Shown: positions 8,582-17,612, counted from the first letter of the stretch. The stretch: DNA of 38,813 nucleotides from an uncultured Candidatus Kuenenia sp. (GCA_964478275.1 CAYZHH010000003.1:1-38813); one strand, 5' to 3'. Notes: generated by a model not told the origin, from the sequence alone. Program-made: numbers and translations.

Positions 8582-8832
8582 CCGCTCTGGGGCTCGGGAA
8601 AGCGTAGGACACTCAGGACATCGGAGCATCGACGAACGACATGCTTGGAAGGCGTAGCGGGTAAGGCCCGGCCATGCTGCCTCGAAAAGGCAGTGAATCA
8701 TCTGTCGCAAGACGGTGGTTCGGTCTGGGTGCTCCTGTAGCCAGCGGCTTCGAGCGTGAAGACGATTTTGTCCAAGGGGCACATGGTCCCTCGGATGGGG
8801 TCGCGTCGATGGGCACAACCGTAACGACTATC

Positions 8833-9609
8833 ATGGCAATCACCTCGAAACCCGCCGTTGACAAGCTTGGACGACCTGGTCTGCTGGGCCGCAAGGTCGG
8901 CATGACGCAGATTTTTGACCCCGAGTCGGGTGCGGTTGTTCCGGTCACTGTGATCGAGGCCGGCCCTTGTCCCGTCACTTCGGTGCGCACGCCTGGTCGG
9001 GATGGCTACTCGGCCATTCAGATCGGCTTTGCCGATAAGCCCCGTCGGCTTGTGAGTCGCTCGGTTCGTGGCCAGGTCGCGAATCTCGATGGTCGTCGTG
9101 CCAAGAAGCGTGCGGAGGCTGGCATGGCCCTTGTGCCGAAGGCCAGTTGCGAGCCGCAGCGGTTCGTGCGCGAGCTTCGCGGCATCTACGCCGGCGTCGA
9201 GGTCGGTCAAGTGCTCACGGTCGCTGTGTTCGAGGGTGTCGAGTTTGTTGACATCGTCGGTATCACCAAGGGCCGGGGTACGGCGGGCGTCATGAAGCGT
9301 CATGGCTTCAAGGGCCAGCGGGCCTCCCACGGCGTCAAGAAGTGTCATCGCCACCAGGGTGGCACGGGCCAGAACACGACGCCAGGCCGCGTATTCAAGG
9401 GCAAGCGCATGGCCGGCCGCTTTGGCAACGAGCGGTCCACCATGCGGAACGTGAAGCTCGTGCGGGTGGATGCGGAGTCGAATCTGATCCTCCTGCGTGG
9501 GGCTGTGCCGGGCCCGGAGGGGGCGTTTGTTACGGTCTGCAAAACGAACAAGATCAAGAAAGTCGGCCGCCCTGCGGCTGTTGTCAAGAAGAAGGGCGGT
9601 GCCAAGTGA
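8833..9609 (+). CDS. rplC: 50S ribosomal protein L3 (uL3)
   Basis: MAITSKPAVDKLGRPGLLGRKVGMTQIFD... matches the uL3 N-terminus. ATG 8809 is an alternative start. The longer 8674 start is unsupported. Confidence 0.93.
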   Translation: MAITSKPAVDKLGRPGLLGRKVGMTQIFDPESGAVVPVTVIEAGPCPVTSVRTPGRDGYSAIQIGFADKPRRLVSRSVRGQVANLDGRRAKKRAEAGMALVPKASCEPQRFVRELRGIYAGVEVGQVLTVAVFEGVEFVDIVGITKGRGTAGVMKRHGFKGQRASHGVKKCHRHQGGTGQNTTPGRVFKGKRMAGRFGNERSTMRNVKLVRVDAESNLILLRGAVPGPEGAFVTVCKTNKIKKVGRPAAVVKKKGGAK

Positions 9610-10325
9610 ATCTCGCCGTCTATGACATGGCTGGTAAGCAGGTTGGCAGCTACGAGATCGACCCAGCCGAGCTGGCTCCTCGCATTAGCAAGCAGCTCCT
9701 TCATGATGCGGTGATCATGTACCAGGCCAACGCTCGCCAGGGTACGCAGAAGACCAAAACCCGCGGTGAAGTGGCGGGCTCGACCAAGAAGATGTATCGG
9801 CAGAAGGGCACGGGTAATGCACGTGCCGGTGGGCGGCGGAGTGGCGTGCGGCGCGGCGGTGGTCATATCTTCGCGAAGAGTCCACGTGACTTCGGCTGGC
9901 GGATGCCCCGCAAGTCGCTCCAGGCGGCTGCTCGGATGGCGCTTGCCGCTCGCTTGGCCGACGATGAGGTCAAGCTCATCGATGCCATCACTGTCGGCGA
10001 GCCGAAGACAGGTCCGATCGCCAAAATGCTCCGGGCCTTGGGGGTGGGCGACGCAACCGTGCTCGTCTCGCCTGAGAAGCACGACCCAAATTTCTGGAAG
10101 AGTGCCCGCAATATCGCTGGCGTTACCGTTGCTCCCGTGGCCGAGCTCAATGCCTGGTCGATTCTTCGTCCCCGCGCGATCGTCATGACTCGTGGGGCGC
10201 TCGATGCGTTCCGCGAGTCGGCCAAGGCGACCAGAGCCGTGACGCCCAAGCCGGCTCGGCGGTCTGCGGCACGTGCCAAGCCAGGCCGTTCCTCGAAGCC
10301 TGCGACTCGGAAGGAGGCAACGTAA
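9606..10325 (+). CDS. rplD: 50S ribosomal protein L4 (uL4)
   Basis: GTG 9606 overlaps the rplC stop (GTGA). KKMYRQKGTGNARAGGRRSGVRRGGGHIF is the uL4 loop signature. There is a basic Pro/Lys/Arg C-terminal tail. Confidence 0.94.
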   Translation: MNLAVYDMAGKQVGSYEIDPAELAPRISKQLLHDAVIMYQANARQGTQKTKTRGEVAGSTKKMYRQKGTGNARAGGRRSGVRRGGGHIFAKSPRDFGWRMPRKSLQAAARMALAARLADDEVKLIDAITVGEPKTGPIAKMLRALGVGDATVLVSPEKHDPNFWKSARNIAGVTVAPVAELNAWSILRPRAIVMTRGALDAFRESAKATRAVTPKPARRSAARAKPGRSSKPATRKEAT

Positions 10326-10328
10326 GCC

Positions 10329-10649
10329 ATGGCTGTGCCTATTCCTCCCGCCCCTGCATTCAATCCCCGTCTCGAGCCCGTGCATGTGATTCTGCGGCCG
10401 CTCGTGACTGAGAAGGGAATGCACCGAGCCAATCGTCACAACGCCTACTCCTTCGAGGTGGCGACCACGGCGACCAAGGCTGACATTCGTCGTGCCGTTG
10501 AAGAGCTCTTCAGCGTCAAGGTCGAGAAGGTTGCCGTCCAAAATCGTCGCGGCAAGGTCCGCCGGGGTCGCGTCCGGAAAATCGTGACGAAGCCTTGGAA
10601 GAAGGCGGTCGTTTACTTGGCTGCTGATTCCAAGATCAACCTGTTCTGA
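10329..10649 (+). CDS. rplW: 50S ribosomal protein L23 (uL23)
   Basis: ILRPLVTEKGMHRAN...YSFEVATTATKADIRRAVEELFSVKVEKV matches uL23. Position is canonical. Confidence 0.95.
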   Translation: MAVPIPPAPAFNPRLEPVHVILRPLVTEKGMHRANRHNAYSFEVATTATKADIRRAVEELFSVKVEKVAVQNRRGKVRRGRVRKIVTKPWKKAVVYLAADSKINLF

Positions 10650-10691
10650 GTCGAGCGGGCTGAAGTCACAAAAAGTTCATGAGCTGAAACG

Positions 10692-11549
10692 ATGGGCATC
10701 CGAATCTACAAACCGACGAGTGCAGGCCGCCGCAACGCGAGCGTCTCCGACTTCGCCGAGCTCACGCCCGGCGCTGAGGTGCCCAAGGGGCTGCTCGTCC
10801 GCAAGCTGAAGACCGGTGGCCGCAACAATCAGGGTAAGATCACGTCCCGTCATCGCGGCGGTGGTCACAAGCAGCAGTACCGGCTGATCGACTTCCGTCG
10901 AAACAAGGATGGCGTGCCGGGGAAAGTTGATTCGATTCAATACGATCCGAATCGCACCTGCCGCGTCGCGCTCGTTCACTATGCCGACGGCGAGAAGCGG
11001 TACATCCTGGCTCCCGAGGGGCTGCTTGTTGGCCGTACCGTCGTGAGCGGCGAGGCCGCGCCACCCGAGGTTGGGAATTGCCTTCCGCTGTCGGCGATCC
11101 CGCTGAGCACGCAGGTTCACAATGTTGAAATGCAGGCGGGCCGCGGTGGCCGAATGTGTCGCTCGGCGGGGGCCTCGGCGACGCTGCTCGCCCGTGAGGC
11201 AGGCTGGGCCCAGCTCTCGCTTCCGTCTGGTGAAATCCGCCGCGTGCCGGCAGACTGTCGTGCCACGGTTGGCGCGATCGGAAACGCCGAGCACATGAAT
11301 GTGCGTCTTGGCAAAGCTGGCCGATCGCGGTGGCTCGGCGTTCGGCCGCATGTCCGCGGCACGGCCATGAACCCAGTCGATCATCCCCACGGTGGTGGCG
11401 AGGGGCGCACGAAGGGTGGTCGTCATCCCGTGAGCCCTACTGGCAAGAGTGCCAAGGGTGGTGGGACCAGGAAGCCCAGGAAGCCGTCGGGTGCCTCCAT
11501 TGTTCGTCGCCGCAAAAGCCGTCGTTACGGCCAATTGAAGCTGAGGTAA
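10692..11549 (+). CDS. rplB: 50S ribosomal protein L2 (uL2)
   Basis: [14 protein letters not shown]..., [18 protein letters not shown] and [18 protein letters not shown] are uL2 hallmarks. Confidence 0.98.
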   Translation: MGIRIYKPTSAGRRNASVSDFAELTPGAEVPKGLLVRKLKTGGRNNQGKITSRHRGGGHKQQYRLIDFRRNKDGVPGKVDSIQYDPNRTCRVALVHYADGEKRYILAPEGLLVGRTVVSGEAAPPEVGNCLPLSAIPLSTQVHNVEMQAGRGGRMCRSAGASATLLAREAGWAQLSLPSGEIRRVPADCRATVGAIGNAEHMNVRLGKAGRSRWLGVRPHVRGTAMNPVDHPHGGGEGRTKGGRHPVSPTGKSAKGGGTRKPRKPSGASIVRRRKSRRYGQLKLR

Positions 11550-11555
11550 TCCGCC

Positions 11556-11834
11556 ATGGGACGCAGTGCAAAAAAGGGGCCGTTTGTCGATCCCCGCCTT
11601 TACGGAAAGGTGGAGGGTCAGTTGTCCAGCGGGAGGCGTGATCCCATCAAGACGTGGGCGCGTTCCTGCACCATTGTGCCCGAGTTCGTCGGGCTGACGT
11701 TCATGGTTCACAACGGCAAACAGCATCTCAAGGTGTTCGTGACCGAAGACATGGTGGGCCACAAGCTTGGTGAGTTCTCTCCCACGCGGACCTTCCGTGG
11801 GCATGGTGGCAAGGCGAAGGAGGCGGCGAAGTAG
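11556..11834 (+). CDS. rpsS: 30S ribosomal protein S19 (uS19)
   Basis: [15 protein letters not shown]...[25 protein letters not shown]...[16 protein letters not shown] matches uS19. Confidence 0.98.
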   Translation: MGRSAKKGPFVDPRLYGKVEGQLSSGRRDPIKTWARSCTIVPEFVGLTFMVHNGKQHLKVFVTEDMVGHKLGEFSPTRTFRGHGGKAKEAAK

Positions 11835-11850
11835 CGCCTGAGGGAAAGCG

Positions 11851-12207
11851 ATGTCCTACACAGCCATGCACAAGTACGCTCGGATCAGCCCTCGCAAGGT
11901 GCGGGCGCTCGCCGATCTCGTTCGAGGCAAGTTTGCCGACGAGGCGCTCGACATTCTCCGCTTTCAGCCCCACCGTGGGGCTCGGATGCTCGAGAAGGTG
12001 ATCAAGAGCGCCCTCGGAAATGCCGAAAACCGTCAGGCTTCCGGGATCGACGACCTGGTTGTGGTCGATGCTCGGATCGACGAGGGCCCAATGTTCAAGC
12101 GGATCCGTCCGCGGGCCCGCGGAATGGCGTTTGGAATCAAGCGGCGAATGTCGCACATCAAGGTCGCGCTCGACTCCGCCTCAGTGGCGGGCGTCAGCGC
12201 GAAGTAA
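11851..12207 (+). CDS. rplV: 50S ribosomal protein L22 (uL22)
   Basis: ARISPRKVRALADLVRGKFADEALDILRFQPHRGARMLEKVIKSALGNAE matches uL22. Confidence 0.96.
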   Translation: MSYTAMHKYARISPRKVRALADLVRGKFADEALDILRFQPHRGARMLEKVIKSALGNAENRQASGIDDLVVVDARIDEGPMFKRIRPRARGMAFGIKRRMSHIKVALDSASVAGVSAK

Positions 12208-12218
12208 GGGCATATTCC

Positions 12219-12914
12219 ATGGGTCAAAAAGTTCATCCCACCGGATTCCGCACGGGCATCACTGAGCCTTGGAGGAGCCGTTGGTACGCGACGAAGAAGG
12301 AGTTTCCGGGTCTCCTTCTTGAAGACTTCAAGGTCCGGAAGTTCCTTAAGACAAAGTACCGCGCTGCCGCGATTCCCAAGGTCGAGATCGAGCGGACACG
12401 GGATGAGGTTAAAGTCATCCTCCACTCCGCGCGTCCTGGCGTGATCATTGGCCGCAAGGGGCAGGAGGTGGATCGTCTTCAGAACGAGCTCCAGGAGCTG
12501 CTCGGGCGTCGCGTGAATCTCAAGGTCGAAGAGGTTTCTCGCCCAGAGATTCAAGCGCAGCTCGTGGCCGAGGATATCGCCGATCAGCTCTCCAAGCGGG
12601 CGGCGTTTCGGCGCACTCTCAAGCGATCGCTTGACACGACTATGGATGCCGGTGCCAGGGGCGTAAAGATCCAGCTTTCCGGCCGGCTCGGCGGAGCCGA
12701 AATGTCACGATGCGAAAAGGCGATCGCAGGGGCGATGCCCCTGTCGACGCTCCGGGCCAAGATTGATTACGGATTCTGCGAGGCACCCACCCCGCAGGGA
12801 AACATCGGAATCCAGGTGTGGGTCAACCAAGGCATGTACGAGGAGGATGGCGATGGCGCTGATGCCCAAACGGGTGAAGCACCGAAAAAGCCAAAGAGGT
12901 CGTATAAGAGGTGA
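12219..12914 (+). CDS. rpsC: 30S ribosomal protein S3 (uS3)
   Basis: MGQKVHPTGFRTGITEPWRSRWYA..., the KH domain region, and LSGRLGGAEMSR all match uS3. Confidence 0.98.
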   Translation: MGQKVHPTGFRTGITEPWRSRWYATKKEFPGLLLEDFKVRKFLKTKYRAAAIPKVEIERTRDEVKVILHSARPGVIIGRKGQEVDRLQNELQELLGRRVNLKVEEVSRPEIQAQLVAEDIADQLSKRAAFRRTLKRSLDTTMDAGARGVKIQLSGRLGGAEMSRCEKAIAGAMPLSTLRAKIDYGFCEAPTPQGNIGIQVWVNQGMYEEDGDGADAQTGEAPKKPKRSYKR

Positions 12915-13269
12915 TGCCTCTCGCGGGAATTACGTTGTCTTCGGCGACTTCGGCCTTCAGGCCGAGCAGCCGGGATGGCTTCCCGCGGCGACTATCGAGG
13001 CCGGTCGGATCGCGGCGCAGCAGTACCTCCGTACGGAGGGTCGGCTCTACGTTCGCGCCTTCCCACACAAATCGGTCACGTCGATCCCGCTCGAGACCCG
13101 AATGGGCAAGGGCAAGGGTGAGCCGGAGTATTGGGCAGCCGTGGTGAAGCCCGGCATGATCCTCTACGAGATTGGTGGTGTGCCAGAGGAAGCGGCTCGG
13201 GTGTGCATGGCTCGTCTTGCACACAAGATGCCGATTCGCGTGCGGTTTGTGAAGCGACGGTTGATGTAA
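12853..13269 (+). CDS. rplP: 50S ribosomal protein L16 (uL16)
   Basis: [20 protein letters not shown]... matches the uL16 N-terminus, and [12 protein letters not shown] is present. AGGAGG lies 7 nt upstream of ATG 12853. The start lies inside the rpsC 3' end. In-frame ATGs at 12847 and 12862 are alternatives. Confidence 0.93.
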   Translation: MALMPKRVKHRKSQRGRIRGDASRGNYVVFGDFGLQAEQPGWLPAATIEAGRIAAQQYLRTEGRLYVRAFPHKSVTSIPLETRMGKGKGEPEYWAAVVKPGMILYEIGGVPEEAARVCMARLAHKMPIRVRFVKRRLM

Positions 13270-13317
13270 CGAGCGGATGGTGGAAACGGGCGACACGAGT
13301 AGCGACAGGATCATGCG

Positions 13318-13536
13318 ATGAACAAATCGAAGGAGATTAGGGATATGGCGGAAGAGCAAATCCGGCTTGTCTGGAAAGACGCGTCGGAATCACTTTTCCG
13401 GCTCCGTATCCAGGCCCAGACAGAGAAGCTCGCGGCGCCTTCAGAGATGCGAAAGCACCGCAAAACGATCGCTCGCTGCCAGACTATCCTGGCGGAGCGG
13501 GCGGCCTCCCTCGCCACGGCCCAGGCCACGGCATAG
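13318..13536 (+). CDS. rpmC: 50S ribosomal protein L29 (uL29)
   Basis: The 72-aa helical product ...EIRDMAEEQIRLVWKDASESLFRLRIQAQTEKL... sits in the canonical slot between rplP and rpsQ. Confidence 0.93.
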   Translation: MNKSKEIRDMAEEQIRLVWKDASESLFRLRIQAQTEKLAAPSEMRKHRKTIARCQTILAERAASLATAQATA

Positions 13537-13573
13537 GCACGCGGACGACAGAACACGCACAGGAAACGAGACG

Positions 13574-13960
13574 ATGCCCAAGCGAGTTGAGACAGGAACC
13601 GTGACGAGCGCCGCCGCCGAGAAGACTCGGCGAGTGGAGATCCCACGGATCATCCATCATTCTAAGTATGGACGAATCCTCCACCGGCGGACGGTCTGTC
13701 ATGTCCACGACGAGCACGAGGAATCGGGGCCGGGCGACCTGGTCGAGATCATCGAGTGCAGGCCGCGGAGCAAGACAAAGCGATGGGAGCTCGTGCGGGT
13801 GGTTTCCAAGAGCACGGCCGTTGACCTGGCTTCGCTTCGCAGTGGTGCCAGGGCTACCGAGCTGCGGGAAACGGCGGCTCGGGCCGAAGCTGCGGACGCA
13901 ACAGGGGGCGAGAAAAAGGCTGCTGCGGGCAGCACGAAGGCAGAGGGGGCATCCACGTGA
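13574..13960 (+). CDS. rpsQ: 30S ribosomal protein S17 (uS17) with C-terminal extension
   Basis: [25 protein letters not shown]...[35 protein letters not shown] is collinear with uS17. It is followed by a ~45-aa Ala/Glu/Lys-rich tail. Confidence 0.93.
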   Translation: MPKRVETGTVTSAAAEKTRRVEIPRIIHHSKYGRILHRRTVCHVHDEHEESGPGDLVEIIECRPRSKTKRWELVRVVSKSTAVDLASLRSGARATELRETAARAEAADATGGEKKAAAGSTKAEGAST

Positions 13961-14325
13961 TTCAAATGCAAACGCGACTTGCCGTCGCTGACAATACCGG
14001 CGCGAAAGAAGTGATGTGCTTCAAGGTTCTTGGCGGGACTCGCAAGCGGACCGCTGGCCTCGGTGACATCATTGTCTGTAGCGTCAAGAGCGTGATTGCC
14101 GGTAGCGAAGTCAAGAAAAAGGCCGTCGTCAAGGCGGTCATCGTGCGCTGCAGGAAATCAACGCGGCGAGAGGATGGCAGCTACGTGCGCTTCGATTCCA
14201 ACGCCTGCGTGATCATCGACAATGATAAGAATCCTAAGGGCACTCGAATCTTCGGGGCTGTGGCCCGTGAGTTGCGGGATCGCAACTTCATGAAGATCGT
14301 CAGCCTGGCGAGCGAGGTGGTGTAA
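13957..14325 (+). CDS. rplN: 50S ribosomal protein L14 (uL14)
   Basis: [27 protein letters not shown] matches uL14. The GTG start overlaps the rpsQ stop (GTGA). Confidence 0.98.
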   Translation: MIQMQTRLAVADNTGAKEVMCFKVLGGTRKRTAGLGDIIVCSVKSVIAGSEVKKKAVVKAVIVRCRKSTRREDGSYVRFDSNACVIIDNDKNPKGTRIFGAVARELRDRNFMKIVSLASEVV

Positions 14326-14690
14326 TGCTGATCAAGTCTGGCGATACCGTTGAAGTGACAACCGGCAATGACCGCGGTACGCGGGCGCGTGTGGCGTCCG
14401 TCTTGCCCGCGCCGTCGGATGGCGGTGCCAACCGTGTCGTCGTCGAGGGCGTCAATCGCGTATATCGCCACGTGCGCAAGAGCCAGAAGAACCAGCAGGG
14501 CGGTCGGTTGAGCAAAGAGATGCCGATCGATGCCTCGAATGTGCTGTTTGTCTGTTCGGCATGTGGTAAAGCGACGAGGCTTGGCGCTCGAATCAACTCC
14601 GATGGCTCGAAGGTTCGGTACTGCAAGAAGTGCGGTGCCGAGCATGGTGTACTCCGGCGGCCGCGGTCGGCCTCCAAGACCGCTGGCTAG
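14325..14690 (+). CDS. rplX: 50S ribosomal protein L24 (uL24), Cys4 form
   Basis: The KOW motif region IKSGDTVEVTTGNDRGTRARV is present. TAATG junction with rplN. It contains CSAC...CKKC. Confidence 0.95.
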   Translation: MLIKSGDTVEVTTGNDRGTRARVASVLPAPSDGGANRVVVEGVNRVYRHVRKSQKNQQGGRLSKEMPIDASNVLFVCSACGKATRLGARINSDGSKVRYCKKCGAEHGVLRRPRSASKTAG

Positions 14691-14736
14691 ATCGCTCGCA
14701 ACGGAACATAGTGTCAGGAACGTAGGAATCGATTAG

Positions 14737-15345
14737 ATGGCGAAGAAAACGACAACCGTAACAACCCTGGAGCCCGCTGCTACGCCGCGGCTCCTCGACC
14801 ATTACCAAAATACCGTTCGCCCGCACCTCGAAAAGGAGCTCGGACGCACCAATCCCCATGCCGTTCCACGGCTCGAAAAGATCGTGATCAGCATGGGCGT
14901 AGGGGCTGCGACGGCCGAGAAAAAGTATCTCGACGAGGCGCTGGGAGCGCTCGCCCAGATCGCAGGGCAGAAGCCCATTGCGACGCTTTCAAAGGCGGCG
15001 GTCGCGGGCTTCAAGCTTCGGGAGAACCTGGCGATTGGCTGCAAGGTCACGCTTCGCGGGCGGCGAATGTACGAGTTTTTCGACCGGCTTGTGTCGGTGG
15101 CCCTTCCGCGGGTGCGTGACTTTCGGGGGCTGTCATCGACGGCCTTCGACGGCCACGGCAACTACAGCCTCGGCCTTTCGGAGCAGATGGTGTTTCCGGA
15201 GATCAATCCGGATCGCTTCACGCGGCCACAAGGAATGAACATCACCTTCGTTACTTCTGCCAGAACAAATGACGAGGCGAAGGAATTGCTGGTGGCCATG
15301 GGGCTGCCACTCAAGAAGCAGGGCGAAGGGGACGCCGCGGCGTAG
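14737..15345 (+). CDS. rplE: 50S ribosomal protein L5 (uL5)
   Basis: PRLEKIVISMGVG...FKLRENLAIGCKVTLRGRRMYEFFDRL...LPRVRDFRGL...FDGHGNYSLGL matches uL5. Confidence 0.97.
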   Translation: MAKKTTTVTTLEPAATPRLLDHYQNTVRPHLEKELGRTNPHAVPRLEKIVISMGVGAATAEKKYLDEALGALAQIAGQKPIATLSKAAVAGFKLRENLAIGCKVTLRGRRMYEFFDRLVSVALPRVRDFRGLSSTAFDGHGNYSLGLSEQMVFPEINPDRFTRPQGMNITFVTSARTNDEAKELLVAMGLPLKKQGEGDAAA

Positions 15346-15384
15346 CGGTGCGGACCAGAGAACGAGTAGGCATTCGACCGAATC

Positions 15385-15570
15385 ATGGCAAGTAAATCAA
15401 AGATCGCGGCCGCCAAGCGGCCACCGAAGTTCACCACACGAATCGTTCGGCGGTGCATGCTCTGTGGCCGGCCACGGGCCGTGTATCGTAAGTTCGGCAT
15501 CTGCCGGATCTGTTTCCGCAAACTCGCGGATACAGGTTTGATTCCCGGTGTGAAAAAGGCGAGCTGGTAA
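15385..15570 (+). CDS. rpsN: 30S ribosomal protein S14, type Z (zinc-binding, 61 aa)
   Basis: The short form has [25 protein letters not shown] (CxxC...CxxC) and ends in ...KKASW. Confidence 0.97.
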   Translation: MASKSKIAAAKRPPKFTTRIVRRCMLCGRPRAVYRKFGICRICFRKLADTGLIPGVKKASW

Positions 15571-15602
15571 ATTCAGAATCGAGAGAAGAGGGCTCAGCTG
15601 AC

Positions 15603-15998
15603 ATGATGACCGATCCCATCGCCGACATGCTCACCAGGATTCGCAACGCGATCCGGGTTGAAAAGGCTACCGTGGAGGTGCCCACGTCGAAGGTGAAGCG
15701 TGGACTGGCGGAAGTACTCAAGCGAGAGGGTTTCATTTGGGACTGGCACGAGGTCGAGTCGGGCCCTGTGCCACACCTCCAGCTTGAGCTCAAGTATGGT
15801 CCTAACGGTGAGCGGCTCATCCGCAACATCCGACGGGTCAGTACTCCTGGTCGCCGGGTGTATAGCCGCTCCGCGCGGCTCAGGCCGGTGCTCGGGGGCC
15901 TTGGAATTCAAATTCTCTCGACCTCGAGTGGCGTTGTCAGTGATCGCGAGGCCCGGCAGAAGAAGCTTGGCGGCGAAGTACTCTGCGAGCTGTGGTAG
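15603..15998 (+). CDS. rpsH: 30S ribosomal protein S8 (uS8)
   Basis: MMTDPIADMLTRIRNAIRV... and ...GGEVLCELW are the uS8 termini. Confidence 0.98.
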   Translation: MMTDPIADMLTRIRNAIRVEKATVEVPTSKVKRGLAEVLKREGFIWDWHEVESGPVPHLQLELKYGPNGERLIRNIRRVSTPGRRVYSRSARLRPVLGGLGIQILSTSSGVVSDREARQKKLGGEVLCELW

Positions 15999-16017
15999 TT
16001 GCGAAAGGTTACGAGTC

Positions 16018-16563
16018 ATGTCGCGAATCGGTAAGAATCCAGTTCCTCTCCTGAACGGCGTCAAAGCATCCGTGAGCAACGGCGTGCTCGTCGTTGAGGG
16101 GCCTCTTGGAAAGCTCGAGCACAAGTTCCACCCGGTCGTCGGAGTGACCGTGGACGCGACGGCTGCCTCCGTCGTCGTGACGCGAACGGACGACGGGCGG
16201 ATGGCCCGCGCCGTGCATGGTTTGACCCGTGCCCTCGCGGCCAACATGGTCGAGGGAGTGTCCAAGGGATACGAAAAAAAGCTCGAGATCGTTGGGGTCG
16301 GATACTTGGCGGCCATCCAGAAGGATGTCCTCCAGCTTCGAGTTGGGTTCGCCAATGAGCTTCAGGTTCCCATTCCCAAGGGCCTGACGGTTGTGTGTCC
16401 CGACCAGACGCACATTTCGGTCAAAGGCATCGACAAGCAAGCGGTTGGGCAATTTGCCGCCGAGGTGCGGGCCCTCAGGAAGCCAGAGCCTTACAAGGGC
16501 AAGGGCATTCGGTACGAAAACGAGCAGGTCCGCCGCAAGGCTGGCAAGGCTGTCACCAAGTAG
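16018..16563 (+). CDS. rplF: 50S ribosomal protein L6 (uL6)
   Basis: [19 protein letters not shown]...GVGYLAA...[17 protein letters not shown] matches uL6. The upstream part of the listed ORF overlaps rpsH and is spurious. Confidence 0.97.
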   Translation: MSRIGKNPVPLLNGVKASVSNGVLVVEGPLGKLEHKFHPVVGVTVDATAASVVVTRTDDGRMARAVHGLTRALAANMVEGVSKGYEKKLEIVGVGYLAAIQKDVLQLRVGFANELQVPIPKGLTVVCPDQTHISVKGIDKQAVGQFAAEVRALRKPEPYKGKGIRYENEQVRRKAGKAVTK

Positions 16564-16630
16564 TAGGCACGCGATACATATTGGGCGGCCCCTGCCGCCC
16601 GGCATCCTTCATCCTTCACCACGCACGACC

Positions 16631-16999
16631 ATGGACCACTCCCGTACGATTTTTCGCCAGCGGCTTCGCCGCCGTCGCCGCGTCCGCAAGCCTCTTGTCG
16701 GAACTGCCGAGCGTCCACGGCTTGCCGTGTTTCGCACGAGCAAGCACATTTATGCTCAGGTGATCGACGACGCTGCCGGTCGGACCCTGGCGTCAGCCAG
16801 TTCGGTTGACCGTCAACTCCGCGAGTCGGTCGGCTTTGGGGGCAACAAGCAGGCCGCCGAGGCGATCGGTCGTGCTGTTGCCGAGCGGGCGCGGGCTGCG
16901 GGAGTCACAAAGGTTTGTCTCGACCGAGGCAGCTTCAAATATCACGGGCGAGTGGCCGCTCTCGCCGATGCAGCCCGGGCTGCGGGCCTCGAGTTCTGA
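16631..16999 (+). CDS. rplR: 50S ribosomal protein L18 (uL18)
   Basis: [35 protein letters not shown]...[20 protein letters not shown] matches uL18. Confidence 0.96.
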   Translation: MDHSRTIFRQRLRRRRRVRKPLVGTAERPRLAVFRTSKHIYAQVIDDAAGRTLASASSVDRQLRESVGFGGNKQAAEAIGRAVAERARAAGVTKVCLDRGSFKYHGRVAALADAARAAGLEF

Positions 17000-17077
17000 G
17001 CCTCGCGTCACACCGCCTCTACCACGCTCAATCACGCTTTACCAACCCTTCATCGTTCGTCAGGAGAACCCCATCCC

Positions 17078-17566
17078 GTGTCCACCGGCAAAGATTCCCG
17101 GAGTGGCGAATTCGTCGAGAAGGTCGTCAAGGTCCGGCGGTGCGCCACGGTCGTAAAGGGCGGCCGTCGTTTCAGCTTTGCAGGCTTGGTCGTTGTCGGA
17201 AACGGCAAGGGCAAGGTGGGCTGCGGCTATGGCAAAGCCAACGAAGTGCCCCCGGCGGTCGAGAAGGCAATCAAGGACGGCATGAAGAACCTCATTGAAG
17301 TGCCGGTGGAAGCTGGGACGATTCCGCATCGGGTCGAGGGCGTCTACGAAACCGCCAGAGTCATCATGCTTCCGGCCAGCCCGGGCACTGGCATCATCGC
17401 GGGCGCCGCCGTTCGGGCAGTCTGTGAGTCGGCGGGCATTCGCGACGTGCTCACCAAGGCCCATGGTTCCACGAACCCAGTCAACATCGTCAAGGCGGCC
17501 CTCGAGGGGCTCAAGCAACTGCGAACCAAAGTAGAGACCGAGCGGCTCCGTGGTGTGAGCCTGTAG
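17078..17566 (+). CDS. rpsE: 30S ribosomal protein S5 (uS5)
   Basis: VKVRRCATVVKGGRRFSFAGLVVVGNGKGKVGCGYGKANEVPPAVEKA...GTGIIAGAAVRAV matches uS5. GTG start with AGGAGA upstream. Confidence 0.97.
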   Translation: MSTGKDSRSGEFVEKVVKVRRCATVVKGGRRFSFAGLVVVGNGKGKVGCGYGKANEVPPAVEKAIKDGMKNLIEVPVEAGTIPHRVEGVYETARVIMLPASPGTGIIAGAAVRAVCESAGIRDVLTKAHGSTNPVNIVKAALEGLKQLRTKVETERLRGVSL

Positions 17567-17612
17567 GCCACGAGCCACCCGACCGTTTACGACCACTGAC
17601 GGATTTCCGACT

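Noticed and set aside
5582-8818. 1078-aa minus-strand ORF spanning fusA, the fusA-rpsJ spacer and rpsJ
   Set aside because: It is in the exactly complementary codon register to fusA and rpsJ, which share one frame. Only the rare sense codons TTA, CTA and TCA would create stops, so a long open antisense frame is expected in high-GC DNA. The product is Arg/Gly/Pro/His-rich with no recognisable domain, while the + strand genes are unambiguous.
8674-8832. N-terminal extension of uL3 from the listed 8674 start
   Set aside because: The extension ([21 protein letters not shown]...) has no uL3 similarity. The conserved N-terminus GLLGRKVGMTQIF is reached appropriately from ATG 8833 or 8809.
9345-11804. 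Long minus-strand ORFs 9345..10541 (398 aa) and 10677..11804 (375 aa) opposite rplD, rplW, rplB and rpsS
   Set aside because: Antisense shadows of unmistakable ribosomal protein genes, with low-complexity Arg/Gly/Pro-rich products.
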